Shown here: positions 38,770 to 53,100 of the stretch, in pieces
Numbering within the stretch: the first letter of the stretch is position 1
Layout of the letters: the number at the start of each line of letters is the position of its first letter
Assembly: GCF_006345805.1 (NCBI RefSeq)
Contig: NC_043014.1
Location: forward strand, 49,104,001-49,168,000
Reading direction: 5' to 3'
Source: Octopus sinensis
Taxonomy: Eukaryota
Length of the DNA: 64,000 bases
The notes under the pieces: model-generated
What the model was told of the DNA's origin: nothing
Databases searched by the model: none
What the model saw: the letters and a program-made list of their open reading frames with translations, nothing else
Position numbers and translations under genes: made by a program

Positions 38770-39999
38770 CAGGGGTTGGACAAAATAATGGAAACACCTT
38801 AACGTTTCAAACAAATTTATTTTGATATGGCAGTAATTTTGATATCTGGCAGTAAGTACAAGTTGAATTCTATGAGATATGGACTTGTACAAAGTTTGAA
38901 TTCTTTCCAAAGGAATTTTGTTCAAACAGTCTCCAGTTCTTGTAGTGATGATAGTGGAGGATATCGGCTCCTTCCTTATTTTTCTAAAATGCACAATAAG
39001 TGTTCTATAATATTGAGACCTGGGGACTGTGGTGGCCATATAAGATGTTCAACCTCACTAAAATGTTCCTCGTACCATTCAGTAACAACTTTAGCTGTGT
39101 GAATTGGTGCATTATCATTCTGAAAGATTGCATTTCGCATCCAGAAACAATTCTGCAACCATTGGATGAATTTGATCAGATAAAATGCTTCAATAATCTT
39201 GACTATTAATTCTGCCATGAAGGAAAATCATTGGGCCAGCGGATTTCCAAGATATAGCCCCCAAAGCTCATCATTGCAGATCCTCTTCCATGTTTAATAA
39301 AAGAAAGCAGTCTGGGTCAAATGCTTCTTTTGGCTGACTCCACAAGTACACTCAGTGGTCGGAAAAAAGGTAAAGGATGACTCGTCCGAGAAAATAACAT
39401 TCATCCACTGCTCTGGGGACCAATTCTGTAGATTTTTACTCCACTCTAAACGCTTTGCAACGTTTGTTTTTGAAAGTAGTGGTTTTCTTGACTGTAGCCC
39501 TCCCTTGAAATCCTGCCTTTTGTAGCTCCCGGTGAACTGTTCTTGTGGAAACTGGATTCTCGAGGTGGTCATTAAGCTCTACAGTAATTTAGGGAGCTGT
39601 ACTTTTGTGATTCTTTCTAATAATTCGCATAAGAATCCAACGGTCCCTATCTGGAAGTTTTGGTTTTCTTCTGGAGTTTTGTTTCAACGAGGAGGTTTGT
39701 TTCCTCTTTCTCAAAGGCTGTCATTACTTTCAAGACTTCTTGATACACCAAACATTTCAGCTGTTTTCGTTATGCTAGCGCCAGCTATACGAGCACCAAC
39801 AATTTGACCGCTTTGAAAGTCCGATAGATCTGTCATCTTAATGAATTTTAATTACCTTATTTTGATGATATCTGAAAAGAAAAAGCAATTTTAGCAAAAC
39901 ATATTAAGCAACACTAATAATAAATCAAAAAACGTTTTGACGGTTTTATAAATATCTCAAAATTATGATGTTATGATGCTAGGTGTTTCCATTATTTTT
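38770..39999 (-). mobile_element. Degenerate Tc1 transposon (unit 3), the least decayed copy
   Basis: WMNVIFSDESSFTFF in ORF 39294-39572. Retains 18 bp (~39557-39575) that the other three copies lack. Confidence 0.9.
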
Positions 40000-40374
40000 G
40001 CGCGTGTGTGTATGTGTGTGTGAGAGAGTGTTATATCATATTATATTACATAATTTAAGTGATCTACAACAGCCTGTCCATCTTGTTGTTGTTGTCGTTG
40101 TTGTTGCTGCTGATGATGATGATGATGCATTTATCACTCTGTCAAACACACCTCTTACATTGTTCTCTCACTTATTTACGCTCAGTTTTCTGTGCGCATA
40201 TTAAAAACATCGAACATTCGGATCCAAAATGCTCAGCCACTACATCAACCATATCAGACTAGGAAGGTTTGACATTGTTTCATTAACTAAAAATCGAAAA
40301 TTGGAGAATATTTTTTTGTCAATGGTAATGTGTGATATCATATTTCATACGCAATCATTTTGTTTTTATTTCAG

Positions 40375-41862
40375 GATGAAGGAAGTAGAAGAGAATCGTA
40401 TAGGGAGAGAATTAAAAGATTTCCAAATGTAATGGAAGAAAGTTTTAAGAAAACCAAAGAAGATTGGTCGTCTTTCTACAAAAAAGTAGAAAATTCGTTG
40501 AATAAAGATATCTCATTTGGTTTAGAAGATGAGATTCGTCAAAAGAACGTCCAAGTATATATTCTTTGGCAGATGAAAGATAAATCCAAAGCTGAAGAAT
40601 TAGCCAGTGAAGTTCGAGAAAAGAAGCCAGATAACCTGGTGGCATTAACCAGCCTTGCATTCATTCATTTGAACAATGGAAATATCCCTGAGGTAAGAAA
40701 CCTTTTGGATGATCTAAGTAATCTTGAAGAAAGAGAAAATTTCTCGCTGATAGAAGCAGAAGGCAAAAGAAATGTTGCTTATTGTTTAGCTACTATATCT
40801 TTTGAAGATCATGAAAGAGCTGTCGAACTTTACAAAGAGTCTCTCAACGTTTGTCCGGATGATTATCTGTGTATGTTTTCCATTGCTCTGTTGCAATATC
40901 GTTGTTTAAGAAAGAACATAGATAAAGAGAAAAGATGTGAAAATATTAAGGAATCAATACAGTACTTAGAGAAAATACAATGTGCTTTTCGACAACATAA
41001 TAACAAGGCCCTAATGGGAAGAACATTAGCATTGATTGGTTTGTTTCAACTTAGACCTTATAATTTTCATAGTCAAGTAGCTGAAGAGTATTTTCAGAGA
41101 GCTCTTGATATTTCCCCTGATGACCCCTATGTTTTGGAGAAAAGTGGCAATCATTATATACTTTCAAAGCAGCTTGAAAAAGCAAGAAAAGTGCTTGAAA
41201 AAGCAATTGAAAAAAAGGCAACACCATATTCTCATCATCAGCTTGGGTTACTTTATCTAAGAGATGAGAACCCTACATATACATATGTCCCAGTGAACAA
41301 ACAATTCTCAAAAGAAACGAATGAATTTGCGAAATTTTTAAAACCTCCTCAAAATATTCCTGATAGAGAAAGGAATGAGTTAATCAACAAAGCTGAATAT
41401 CACTTTCAACAAGCTCTTGAACTTTCTTATAGATATTCACCTGCTCTCTATGATATCATTATATTATATATGTCTTTGAAAGAATATGACAATGCCAGGA
41501 AGTATTGTGAAAGATTTAAAGCAGATAATATAATGCAAGATGTTAATTATTACATTTTGTTTGGAAAATTATATTTTAAAGAAGCAGATGTAAAAAATGA
41601 TGAAGAAGAAAAAGATCAATTAAGACGTACAGGAATGGATCGGTTTGTTCGGGGTCTTGAATCTGCTGTAGAATTTCTTCCTTTCAACAAAGACCTGATA
41701 GAAATTTGGGAGATAAAGGAAATAATACTTGAAATATATGAGTATGGAAATGGAAATGGAAATACTGAATACAAAAAACGTGTTTTGGAAATCATTCAGT
41801 CAGTAGAAGACCTTGCCAATGACAAAGCGTTCCAAAATATACTTCACAAGAGTGAATTATAA
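40375..41862 (+). CDS. IFIT/TTC22-like tetratricopeptide-repeat protein, copy 3, large exon, intact (495 aa; 505 aa with exon 1)
   Basis: Open frame from the acceptor TTTCAG|GAT to TAA. Recurrent TPR-type helices: NLVALTSLAFIHL, ERAVELYKESLNVCPDD, AEEYFQRALDISPDDPYVLEK, ARKVLEKAIE...YSHHQLGLLY, AEYHFQQALELS...ALYDIIILY...EYDNARKY. The spacing resembles IFIT and TTC22 N-terminal repeats, judged by eye. Confidence 0.9.
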   Translation, partial: DEGSRRESYRERIKRFPNVMEESFKKTKEDWSSFYKKVENSLNKDISFGLEDEIRQKNVQVYILWQMKDKSKAEELASEVREKKPDNLVALTSLAFIHLNNGNIPEVRNLLDDLSNLEERENFSLIEAEGKRNVAYCLATISFEDHERAVELYKESLNVCPDDYLCMFSIALLQYRCLRKNIDKEKRCENIKESIQYLEKIQCAFRQHNNKALMGRTLALIGLFQLRPYNFHSQVAEEYFQRALDISPDDPYVLEKSGNHYILSKQLEKARKVLEKAIEKKATPYSHHQLGLLYLRDENPTYTYVPVNKQFSKETNEFAKFLKPPQNIPDRERNELINKAEYHFQQALELSYRYSPALYDIIILYMSLKEYDNARKYCERFKADNIMQDVNYYILFGKLYFKEADVKNDEEEKDQLRRTGMDRFVRGLESAVEFLPFNKDLIEIWEIKEIILEIYEYGNGNGNTEYKKRVLEIIQSVEDLANDKAFQNILHKSEL

Positions 41863-42151
41863 AAGATAAATTGTGTTCATACTTTTCTTATTACTTTCTT
41901 TATTGATAATACTCAACAATATTTTGAAATTCATTGTTATATATCTCACGTTTTCTGAAGTAATACCAAACACGTTTATCTAAAGCTAAATTTTAAAAAT
42001 CATATAAATTTAGACTACTCCTTTCTTTGAAACACAAGATGAATGTAGCAAAGAATTCTACAGGAAATATTACTGCCTTTGTAATGGATGTGGCCCTGAA
42101 ACCAACGTTGAAATGACGTCAGAGCATTCAAAGGATGACGTCATAACTAAC

Positions 42152-42648
42152 TTTCATTTTGACATATTTTAACATCCCCAAACAGTGAAGAAGTGGCAGA
42201 AAATATTGGAATGAATCTAGAGATATGTTTTTGCTTGAAAGTTCCATTTGATAATCGTAACTACATATTGGGATGATGTAAAACTGGAAACCTTTGCATT
42301 ATACTGAAACATCGTTGGAATATTGGAATTCTATAAGTAACAATCAAAAATTACTAATTTACACAAAAGACACCAAGTAAATCCTTGAAGATTGACAACC
42401 TAAGTAAGGACGACATTTTACTATCAGGAAGCATGAAGCCAAAAATTCCAAAACATTTAAAAAGTTTTCCTCAATTTAAATGGCAATGTGGAGAGAGAGA
42501 GAGAGAGAGAGAGAGGAGAGGGAGGGGGAGAGAGAGAGTGAGAGAGAGAGAGAGAGGGAGGGGGAGAGAGAGAGTGAGAGAGTGAGAGAGAGAGAAAGAG
42601 AGAGAGAGAGAGATGAATAGTTTTAGTTTCCTTTGCAGACTATATTAG
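42152..42648 (+). pseudogene. Decayed TIR-like relic (copy 3)
   Basis: Same sequence and same lesions as 6684-7136. Confidence 0.55.
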
Positions 42649-45505
42649 TTCGTGTTCATTAGTGTGCAGATCATTTCATGTGTCTGTATTTTGGCAATGT
42701 CCTATCTAAGAGTTACTGCTGTTGTGGTGGTTCTACATCAGATGTAACTTAACATCGGTGACAGGTCTTGATGATAAACTTTAATACTATTTTATTATGA
42801 AAGCACTAAAGAACTGAATGGCATATTTGGCCCTTGTAAATTGTTTGCCTCTTTTCTGGGACACAAGCAAATAACTGAGGCAGCAAAATCTTTCAACAGG
42901 TTAGCCATATGTGGAAGAGTTGTAACTTTCAGTTAAACGGGCATAAAAGAAATCGATGTAATAAACATCACAGAGAAAATACGTATAAACTTATCATCAG
43001 ATCCTCGTTACTTCCCTGCACTTCCCATAAAAACATGTAAACATTCCACTAACCAAACCACATTAGTTATGTATTAAAACCTTTTAACTTAAAGAAGAAA
43101 ATAATGCGGGAGTGCTATGATAGTAGTAGGATGTTGAATGGTCAAGTGACCTAAAAGTGATCACTTGACAATTTTAACATCCTACTACTATCCTAACATC
43201 CTGCATTCTCTTATTATTCTGTCTCTTTCTTCCTCTTCGTCTTCCTCTCCACCACCTCCTTCCTTACTTTACTACTACTGCTGTTTAGAATAACATCTAC
43301 GAAAATATTATAAACAATACATTCAAAAGAGATATCACAAGGATTCAATCACTACTACCATCCACAACAATCCACTTTCTGGGCACAACACCATTTAACA
43401 TCCTACTACTATCATAGCACTCCCATATTATTTCTTCCTCCTCCACCTCCTCCTTCTTCTTCTTCTCTGCCAAGAATTCACAATGACCGCGAACCCCCAA
43501 GAGTAAACAAGAGAGACAGAGACAGGCAGAAACACGGAAAATGTCCCTTGTATTTGAATACTATGCAAACATTCTTTTAAAGTACTTTTCATTTAATTTT
43601 TTCAAAATTTAATTGTTTTCTATACTTACAGTTGAAAAAGTATCAATGACTGAAAACGGTAATGAAATGTTTTTTTCATACAATTATTTTAGCATTTTCT
43701 ACCTTGACTTTTTCCATATTTATATATATATATACATACATACATTTTATTAACCTTAGCCATTTCACATAAACACACACACACCCACAGATTCCTCTCA
43801 ATGACTTCTAATATCATCAATTCACTGGTCAACATATTTCACTACAGATTGACAAATGTATTTTCAAGTGCATCGATGTGTGTAAACTAGGTTGCCAAAC
43901 AGACATGAAACCTGATACCATTGTTCCAACATTTAGCATAAACTCAATGCAGCCTCACTTGGTTAACATTACTTACAAACACAAACAAGCCATTCCAATT
44001 TGTTCTCCTCTTTCTTATAATATCTCGTTCATGTCTAACCCCTGCCATTTTCCCAATAAATAAAGGAAATTTATTTCATTTCATAAACTGAAAATATCGG
44101 AAAGTTTTCATTAAATATAAATTCGAAAATTTGAAAAGAAATTTAATAGTGATATGGGGTAATTCGGAGAAAGAGTGCTTGTGGCCTGGTTCCGTGGTTT
44201 GGTGCCAGGCAGACGGATAAAGCCTTTGTTCTGTCAATTTTTAGAGAAATTAATGAGTTTGGAAAATACCTCTGACCCTTTTCCGGTCAAGCAAAGTTTA
44301 AGAAACCACCCTTTAAAATGCGGTGAGCTGTGAGTTTGTTGGTCAGTTCTGCCTGAGACAGTGAGTTGGCAACAGGTGCAGTCGGGAGAGGCTATGACAG
44401 GGATGACAGTCATGGCGAGAAAGACAGGCAGATAGCATTGGGGGCATGTAGAGCGAAAGAGAGGGATTACGGCGAAAAGGCATGGCTATTGTAGTAGGAG
44501 TTTGTAGCGGTATGTTTTGTTTATGTTAAAATTGTGAACTGTGTTGAAAAGAAAAAGTATTGTGTCAATAAAAGAGAACTGTGATTTGAGGAAAAGAGGA
44601 AGAAAAGAAAGAAAAAAGAACATTGTGTTAAAGAGAAAAAGAAAGAAAGACAATGTTGAACTGTTTCGAACTCTATATTGCATCAAAACATTAATGTTTT
44701 GATTGTTTCCGGACGTTCTGTATTGTGCATGCCTTTTATTGTTTTCTTTTTTTAAATTCTGTTGCAGGTTATTTTCTTTAATGTATCTGATATGTTTCAC
44801 GTTTTATTTGATGTTGTAATAATTGTATAAACTGTTGTTAAGCGTTAAGCAATTGCCTTCTGCCGTCTCTCTCTTTTCTTCCTGTTGTTGTTGTTGTTGT
44901 TATCTCCGGTCGCCGGTTCGAGTTCGCTGCCATCCCCCACAACCGTTTTCTCTGTGGCGGATTCCGTTCGACTGAGCCTGGTGAATCATTGCTCGACTTT
45001 GTAGGGTCCCGGGTTCGAGTTGAGCGATGGCAGGTTCGTAACAACAGCATTGTGTCTACAAGATGCCTGTAACAGCATTGGATTTTCCACAATTGACAAT
45101 AAAAATTGAAATAAAATAAAAATAAAAGTATACAGTTGTGTTTGATTGTTGTTTTCCTTAAAATTATTCAAAGAAACAGATGTATAAGAAGAAAACAATG
45201 AAAGATGAAAAAAAAATGGAAATCAGATGAATTTCTGATGAATTTGATCTCATAGGATACGTATAAGGGAAAGTAATGAGTTGTATGCAGATCTAATATT
45301 GAAGAAACAAACCTTCTAGACTCACAAAATACTTAAACTAAAATATAAGTGTCATTATAGTGGTGGTTGGCTGCAGAGTTTCAAAGTTCGACGTAACTTA
45401 ATGTTTCGTGTAGTGTATGATGAAAGGTATTCAGTGGACAAGGAAGCAGCCGTAAAGGTATGGAAGAGTATTTATATATATATGTATTTATTTATATATA
45501 TATAA

Positions 45506-45605
<100 letters not shown>

Positions 45606-47335
45606 AAAAGTATTAAATGAATTATAAATATAATATAAGTAAGAACACTAAGGTACGTTTCATGGCTACAATTAAATTTGAATTACAATTAAGTTTAAAT
45701 TCAATTGAAATAAATTAAAATTAAAATTATAGTCAATCTTCAGGTTAATGATAATAGTTAAATAAATAAGCAAATAGAGTTAAACAATATTTATTTAAGA
45801 AATAAATAAAATAATAATTTTTCTTATAGAAAATCTCCATTATCAAAATTAGAAACTTAAATCATTAGGATTATTTCCTACAACACATTTATTAAGTTAA
45901 ATATTTATTTTTAGGGTAAAATAAAATAGATAGAAATATGTATTTATCTATGAAGATATAATATAGCTTTAAAAAAACATAATAAACTCTCGAATATCCT
46001 TAACTCAGTTATAGTCCAATATTTAATTACCAAATTATTTAACAAAATAATCACTATTCATATTTTTAAATTTAAGTTCACATCTAATAAATATAAAATA
46101 TTTTAAAATAAGTATCTAAATTATAATCAACAAATATAGTAATTAAAATCTAAAATTTACTCTATCAATAAATATAAAGACATATAATGAAAAATAAATT
46201 AATTAATTAGTCCATTATTACTTACATAAATATTATAAATATCAATATAATATATTCATGAAATACATTTAAAAATTAAATTATTTATGTATTGGTTTAT
46301 GTCTATCACTGTTTGAGTTGCATATTAATGGTTTTATCTCTAATTCATATTTTATATCTCTATACTATGAAATTTGATTTAATATTAAACTGAATATTTC
46401 CCTGTAAGCTTATATTATTATTTATATGTATATATAATCAATAATAATAAAGGGTAAAATTAATTAATTAATTAATTAATAATTAATGATTTTACCAATT
46501 AGTTATGAACCGCTAAGTTACGGGAATGTAAACACACCACCATCGGTTGTCAAGCGATGTTGGGAGGACAAACACATACACACACATACATATATATATA
46601 CATATATACGACGGGCTTCTTTCAGTTTCCGTCTACCAAATCCTGGCCCGAAGCTATAGTAAAAGACGCTTGCTCAAGGTGCCATGCAGTGGGACTGAAC
46701 TCAGAACCATGTAGTTCGTAACCAAGCTACTTAACACAAAGCCACTCCTACGCCTATTTAAATAATTTTTTTTTTCTAATTTGATAATATTCGAGGACTT
46801 TATATGAATCACTATTTGCTTTCCGTTTCGTTTTTAGTTGTTTCTAGTTTCTAGGTATTTAATAAACGTATTCAGGTTACTCGTTTATAAATGACATTGG
46901 ATCTTTTCGGTTTGAACGGCAGTTTTTTAAATTAATTTACACGTAGGAGTTTCAGTCATGTGACTGCGGCCATACTGGAGCACCGCCTTTAATCGAGCAA
47001 CTCGACCCCGGGACTTATACTTTTGCAAGCCCAGTACTTATTCTATTGGTCTCTTTTGCCGAACCGCTAAGTAACGGGGACGTAAACACACCAGCATCGG
47101 TTGTCAAGCAATGCTAGGGGGACAAACACAGACATACAAACACACACACGCATATATATATATACATATATACGACAGGCTTCTTTCAGTTTCTGTCTAC
47201 CAAATCTACTCACAAGGCTTTGGTCGGCCCGAGGCTATGGTAGAAGACACTTGCCCAAGGTGCCACACAGTGGGACTGAACCCAAAACCATGTGGTTGGT
47301 AAACAAGCTACTTACCACACAGCCACTCATGCGCC

Positions 47336-47413
<78 letters not shown>

Positions 47414-47736
47414 TAGTATATATATATATATACTAGCAGTATCGCCTGGCGTTGCTCGGGTTTGTAAGGGAAATAACTATATAAGCATTTTTAGAGAGTT
47501 ACTTCCCTTATATAACCCGAGCAAAAATCATTAAAAATGCGGAAAAATGATGGTAAATTTTTTTTTAAATCGTAGACTCATCGTACACGCGCGCTAATAC
47601 CCAGAAGGGCTCGATATGAATGACGACTATAAGATACCCGCTTTTGGTTAAACTGCACCGCAAAATGTGGGAGTAGATAGGAATCTAAATCGGAGGAGAC
47701 AGAGTCTCACACACACAACTTGAATTTTATATATAA

Positions 47737-47779
<43 letters not shown>

Positions 47780-48189
47780 AATTTAAATTTAAAATAATAA
47801 GAGTGAAAAATTGAATATCAATTTGATTTGTAAGAATTTAAAACCAGTGGTGTAGCATGTAAGACCATAGCGGATCTTCTTCTAGCAGAATGGATGTCCA
47901 GTTACTGCCCTCCCTGTTATATAATAGTTTCAGTATTTAAGTGAAAGTATCTGACATTACAACAGAGAAATGTTTTTCTTTCACTTTTGACACGTAATAC
48001 TGAAATAGTAGAGAAGATACGATATTGCTGTTGGCTCGCCCTAGGCAAGAAGTTATTATTTTTTTTTGCTCATGACACCACATGGACCCTAATCAAGTCT
48101 AGCAGAATGTATGTCCAGTTACAGTTACATAATAGTTTCATTTTAATAGTTTCAATATTAAAGTGAAAGTATCTGACATTACAATAGAG

Positions 48190-49204
48190 GAATCTTTTCT
48201 GTTTGATGGACGGAATTTTCTAGTTAACTAAACAATTTCAAACTTCGTATACTGGTAGAATGTGTCAAAAGAAAACATTATTGTAAACAAAATTGAAAAC
48301 AAAATTGTAATTCGTAACTTAAACGTAGTTTAATTTTACGAATTTTAACTCATGAAATCGCAGCATTCGAGCTCAAATTATTTACTGCGTCTAAAAACTC
48401 ACACACACACGTCTTATTCATCCTTGTCTCTTCTGTCTTCTACATGTGCTAGAAATAACAGCTATATCTCATCAATCGATGAATTTCGTCGCCCAATAAA
48501 AATATTAACGATATAGTTTTGAATATTTTCTTTACCTTTTTTACCATGGTTTTGAAGGGACAGAAACAACAAAAACAAAACAATAATATACCTAAATCGG
48601 TCTCGCGCGTGGAGTGTGAGTAGTATTGTAAAAATTTGCGAAATATTTTTTCATAAAAGGATGCCCCAGCTTGTCGGAAGCTGTGATATAAATTGGGAAA
48701 AAAATCCTCGACACCAGTGCGTAATTGGTACTTAATTTATCGACCCCGAAACGATGAAACATTGACCCCTTCCCTTCTGGTTTATTTACCTTTTGTGCAA
48801 ATTTGTTGCGGCAAGTGGCAAAACACGATCGTGTATGTGTGCGTATGTGTGAGTACGTATATGTCCGTTTGTATGTGTGTGTACGCTTATATATTAATTA
48901 CTATGTGCTTGTGCAAATGTATATGCATGTGTTTGAGAGAGAGAGAGAGAGAATGTGTGTGTGTGTCGTGCGTCTGCTATATTTTTTTATCAATATCGAT
49001 AACGCAGCAATGCTGGGATTTCATTGGTTAAAATTCGAAGATGTTGGGATTTCATTGGTTAAAATTCGTAAAATTAAACTACGTTTAAGTTACAAATTAC
49101 AATTTTGTTTACAATAATGTTTTCTTTTGACACATTCTACCAGTATACGAAGTTTCAAATTGTTTAGTTAACTAGAAAATTCATCCATCAAACAGAAAAG
49201 ATCC
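48190..49204. mobile_element. hAT-like long-TIR element (unit 3); one flank copy only
   Basis: TSD CAATAGAG at 48182-48189 and 49205-49212. Confidence 0.87.
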
Positions 49205-49726
49205 CAATAGAGAGATGTTTTACTTTCACTTTTGACACGTAATACCGGTTAAACCAGTATTCGAGTAGGTCAATGCGGAAGTAAAATGTTTTTACAGAAG
49301 TCTTTCACTTTTACTCATTTAGTTGGTGACATTAACGGGCGTTGATATTATTATCTGAGATTCCCAAAACAGTTTTTATTATTTCTTAATTATTTTACTT
49401 CTCCAATCTCGACTGTTTTACTTTATTAATCCCTTCACAACTTCCAGCATTCCAATAGGACCTGGTTTCCAGAGAGGAACACTTGCACAAAAAGTGACAC
49501 ACTCTCTCTGTATATAATATTCGTTGCCATATATTTACCCTTCTGAGAAGCTTGGATAGAGATTGGATATAGATATTGACTGTTATTATTCATTATATCA
49601 TTTCTACAAATTGACCTTTCTTCATTTCACGAATACAACAGAAAGCATAATTTCACAAAAAGAAAACGTACAAATTTTGTTGTCCAAAGAAAATTTGCCT
49701 TTTTATACACACACAGCTATAAAGGA

Positions 49727-49777
49727 ATGGCTGAAGAAATGCAGAAAATAACTGGGGAAATGCAGGAAATTCTACTG
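49727..49777 (+). CDS. First coding exon of TPR gene copy 4 (MAEEMQKITGEMQEILL)
   Basis: Identical to 16367-16417, with a phase-0 GTGAGT donor. Confidence 0.8.
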
Positions 49778-50170
49778 GTGAGTATATCAATACATACACT
49801 CGCTTGAACAAATGTACACTCTTTACTCTCTCTTTTACTTGTTTCAGTCATTTGACTGCGGCCATGCTGGAGCACCGCCTTTAATCGAGCAACTCGACCC
49901 CGGGACTTATTCTTTTGTAAGCCCAGTACTTATTCTATCGGTCTCTTTTGCCGAACCGCTAGGTAACGGGGACATCGGTTGTCATGCACACACACTCAAA
50001 CATATACATATATACGACGGGCTTCTTTCAGTTTCCGTTTACCAAATCACAAGGCTATAGTAGAAGACACTTGCCCAAGATGCCATGCAGTGGGACTGAA
50101 CCCGGAGCCATGTGGTTGGTAAGCATGCTACTTACCACACAGCCACTCCAGCGCCTATATATATATATAT

Positions 50171-53100
50171 CGTCCCAGATGCGATAACACTTGTTCTGCG
50201 TAACTTATCAAGTCTGACAACTTCCGACAGTGTACAAAAGCGTGCTGGACGGTTTCATCGTCCAACCCGCATCTTGGACAAGTCGGTGGCACTGAAATTC
50301 CGTGCCGCGATAACTTCTCGCGAACAGGTAAAGCATTCCTATAACACTGCCAGGCCAGGGATCTTTGGAAATTATCCAAATACCCCGTCCTGAAAGTCTT
50401 TTTAAACAGGTTGGTAAGCTGGTCTTCGTCAAACCCCAGAGCCCCTCCTAGGACGTCGTCGTTCTTTGCCTCTACCAGCCTGCTATAAAATACCGAGGTG
50501 GTATTTCCGCAGCCGGCCTTGCCCGCCTTGTGGATCAGCGTGAGTGCCTGTCGGCACTCCTTTTGCCATAAAGTCAGATTCCGTCTTTTGATGCGACCGG
50601 GTTTAAAATTCACTAAGGAAGCCGGTCTCGGGAAAAATTCCCCTGCCAGCGGACTCCACACCTTATCACCCTCCAGGTGGTGCCAGAGATGCTTCAGCCT
50701 CAACGCATGCCTGCGCATCATCAACCAAGGCATTCCTAACCCACCCTTTAACGGTTCCTGGCAGCAAACGGAGCGCCTCACAAGTGGCTTTCCTCCCTTC
50801 CACAAAAAGCGGAAAAGGATTCGCTCCAACTTGCTAAGCCATGAATCGGGGCAAGGGACAGCGGTCAGGCGGTAAGTGATTACAGATGCAATGAACATCT
50901 GCTCCACCTCCGCCCTTCCTTTCAAGGACAGAGACCTTCCGGACCAGGTCCGTACTATGGCCTCCACCTTGTTCGTCACCTCACTCCAATTCCTCTCCGT
51001 TTGGGAGTCTGACCCAAACCAAACTCCTAGCAACTTAACACTGGACGATATCGACTTGCTCCTCCAGGTGCCGAGGCGCAAGCCAACCGACTTGTCCTTG
51101 TTAACCCTTGCTCCTGCCACCGCCTCGTATCCTCTGATAGCATCTTCTACACAAGGTAGCTGGGCCTCATTGGACACGATGAGGGTGACGTCATCCGCAT
51201 AAGCAGTAACCGTCCTCCCACCTCCGATCTCATCCGGGTTACTTCCCAGCCTCTCCAACTTTCGCAGCAATGGCTCGAGAGCCAACACGTATAAAAGTGG
51301 TGACAAGAGGCACCCTTGACGAACTGAACATTCGATCGAAAACGGTTCCGTTAGGTATCCGTTTATCTGGACGGTGGACTTGATGCCGTTATACATAGCG
51401 GAGATCCAACCGCGAAATTCAGGGCCCAGTCCAGCCGCTTCGAGGACCGTCGCCAGGTACTTATGGTCTACCCTATCGAACGCTTTACTTTGGTCTAAAT
51501 GGACCATTACCCCGCCCTTGCCGGTTAATTTACCCACCCTATCTAAGGTGTAGCGTATAAGGTGAATATTGTCCTGGATCGACCTGCCTGGAATTGCACA
51601 TGTCTGTGCTTTCCCTACAAGTTTCTCCACGACAATCGTCAACCTTTTTGCCAACACCTTGGCCAAAATCTTTAACTCTACATTAAGTAAAGTTATGGGC
51701 CTGTAATTACTAATGTTATCCCCCTTGCTCGGGTCTTTCTGGATTAGCGTCACAACTCCCTGGCTTACAGAACTGGGAATTCTCCCATTCTGCTGCCAGT
51801 TCGCGTAGACGCTTGCCATTATTCCCCCGAACAAGTCCGGCATACTTTGGTAAAACTCGTAGGGCAGACCATCCAACCCCGGCGACTTCTCCCCGGCGCA
51901 TCCAGCCAGTATCCCCTCTATCTCCGCGGGAGTGATCGCTCCTTCACAGCACTCCACCTCACGCCCCGAGAGCCGCGGTCCGCCGGCTAGGAAGTCCTTT
52001 AAGGCCCTCCCCCGTTCCGGCGCCACACCACCCCCGAACACGCGGGCGAAATGATGGTGAAGAAACTTTTGCATCTCCTCCGGTCCATAGATCTTTTGTC
52101 CCTGTTCGTCAGTTAAAGACTTGATTGAAGCTTTGTTACCTCTCTGACTCTCCACTCGACGGGCCCATCCGGCAACGTTAATACCTTCTCGTTTCCCAGC
52201 GCGTAGCTTAGCTCTGACTCTGCAACCTTCGTGTTTGGAGTTAAGGTGACGGTACAATACCGTCCTTGCCGCCATCACTCCGGATGCAGAGCCAGCTTCC
52301 ATTGCCTCGTTTAGATTCTTAACTAAATTGTCCTCTATCCTAGACCTATCTAACCTTAGCTGATTGCTAAATCTAATGGACTCTGAACGAATGGCTCTTT
52401 TGAGGGAGTGCCACCATCTATTGTTAATGATGGTGCCACACAATGCCCTCTGTACTAACACCTTAATCCGGGTACGGAAGTCTTCACAATTCAAAATAGA
52501 CTTGTTCAGCTTCCAGTACCCGGGTCCCTGTCTATGGCACTTATCTAATTGCACCCTACAAGTCACAAATTTGTGATCCGTGTAAGGCACAATGTGAAAC
52601 TGTGGACAACTAAACGTATCCTTATCTCTTTTCCTAACGAATATCCGATCTATATACGATGTGTGAGCCGTCGTTGTTACTCCACGTCCACTGTTAACGG
52701 TCCACTAGATCAAAGCTCTCTAGTAGACCCTTGAGGCTAGGTTTCCCCTTCCTATTGGTTGAGCCAACACTGTCGACCCGCGCTTCAAGGACAGTGTTAA
52801 AGTCCCCTACTAAGACTACCGTTTTCGACGTCGCTAAAAAGGGCTCCAGATTCCGAAAAAAACCCGCCTGCCTACACTCATTCGGAGCGTAGACAGCTAC
52901 CAACCTGAAGGACTGTTTACTTACGTGGGTCACATCCAGAACGACCAGCCTGCCTTCTGGGTCCAGAAAGACAGTACTTACCTGCAAGTCCAAGCTCTTC
53001 CTGATAAGGACTGCCACGCCTCTTCCTCTTCCTCGGCTAGGAGAAATAAATTTCTCAAAACCATTTAGAAGAGGCGAGAACGCTTGGGCCCCGTTCATCT

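Noticed and set aside
40375-41862. Assigning a gene symbol (IFIT5 or TTC22)
   Set aside because: Similarity was judged by eye from TPR spacing only; orthology cannot be established without searches.
50155-52590. Active retrotransposon or domesticated RT gene
   Set aside because: It starts at a non-ATG codon inside the endonuclease, is cut off from it by a shared stop and frameshift, is 3'-truncated, and ORF1 is incomplete.
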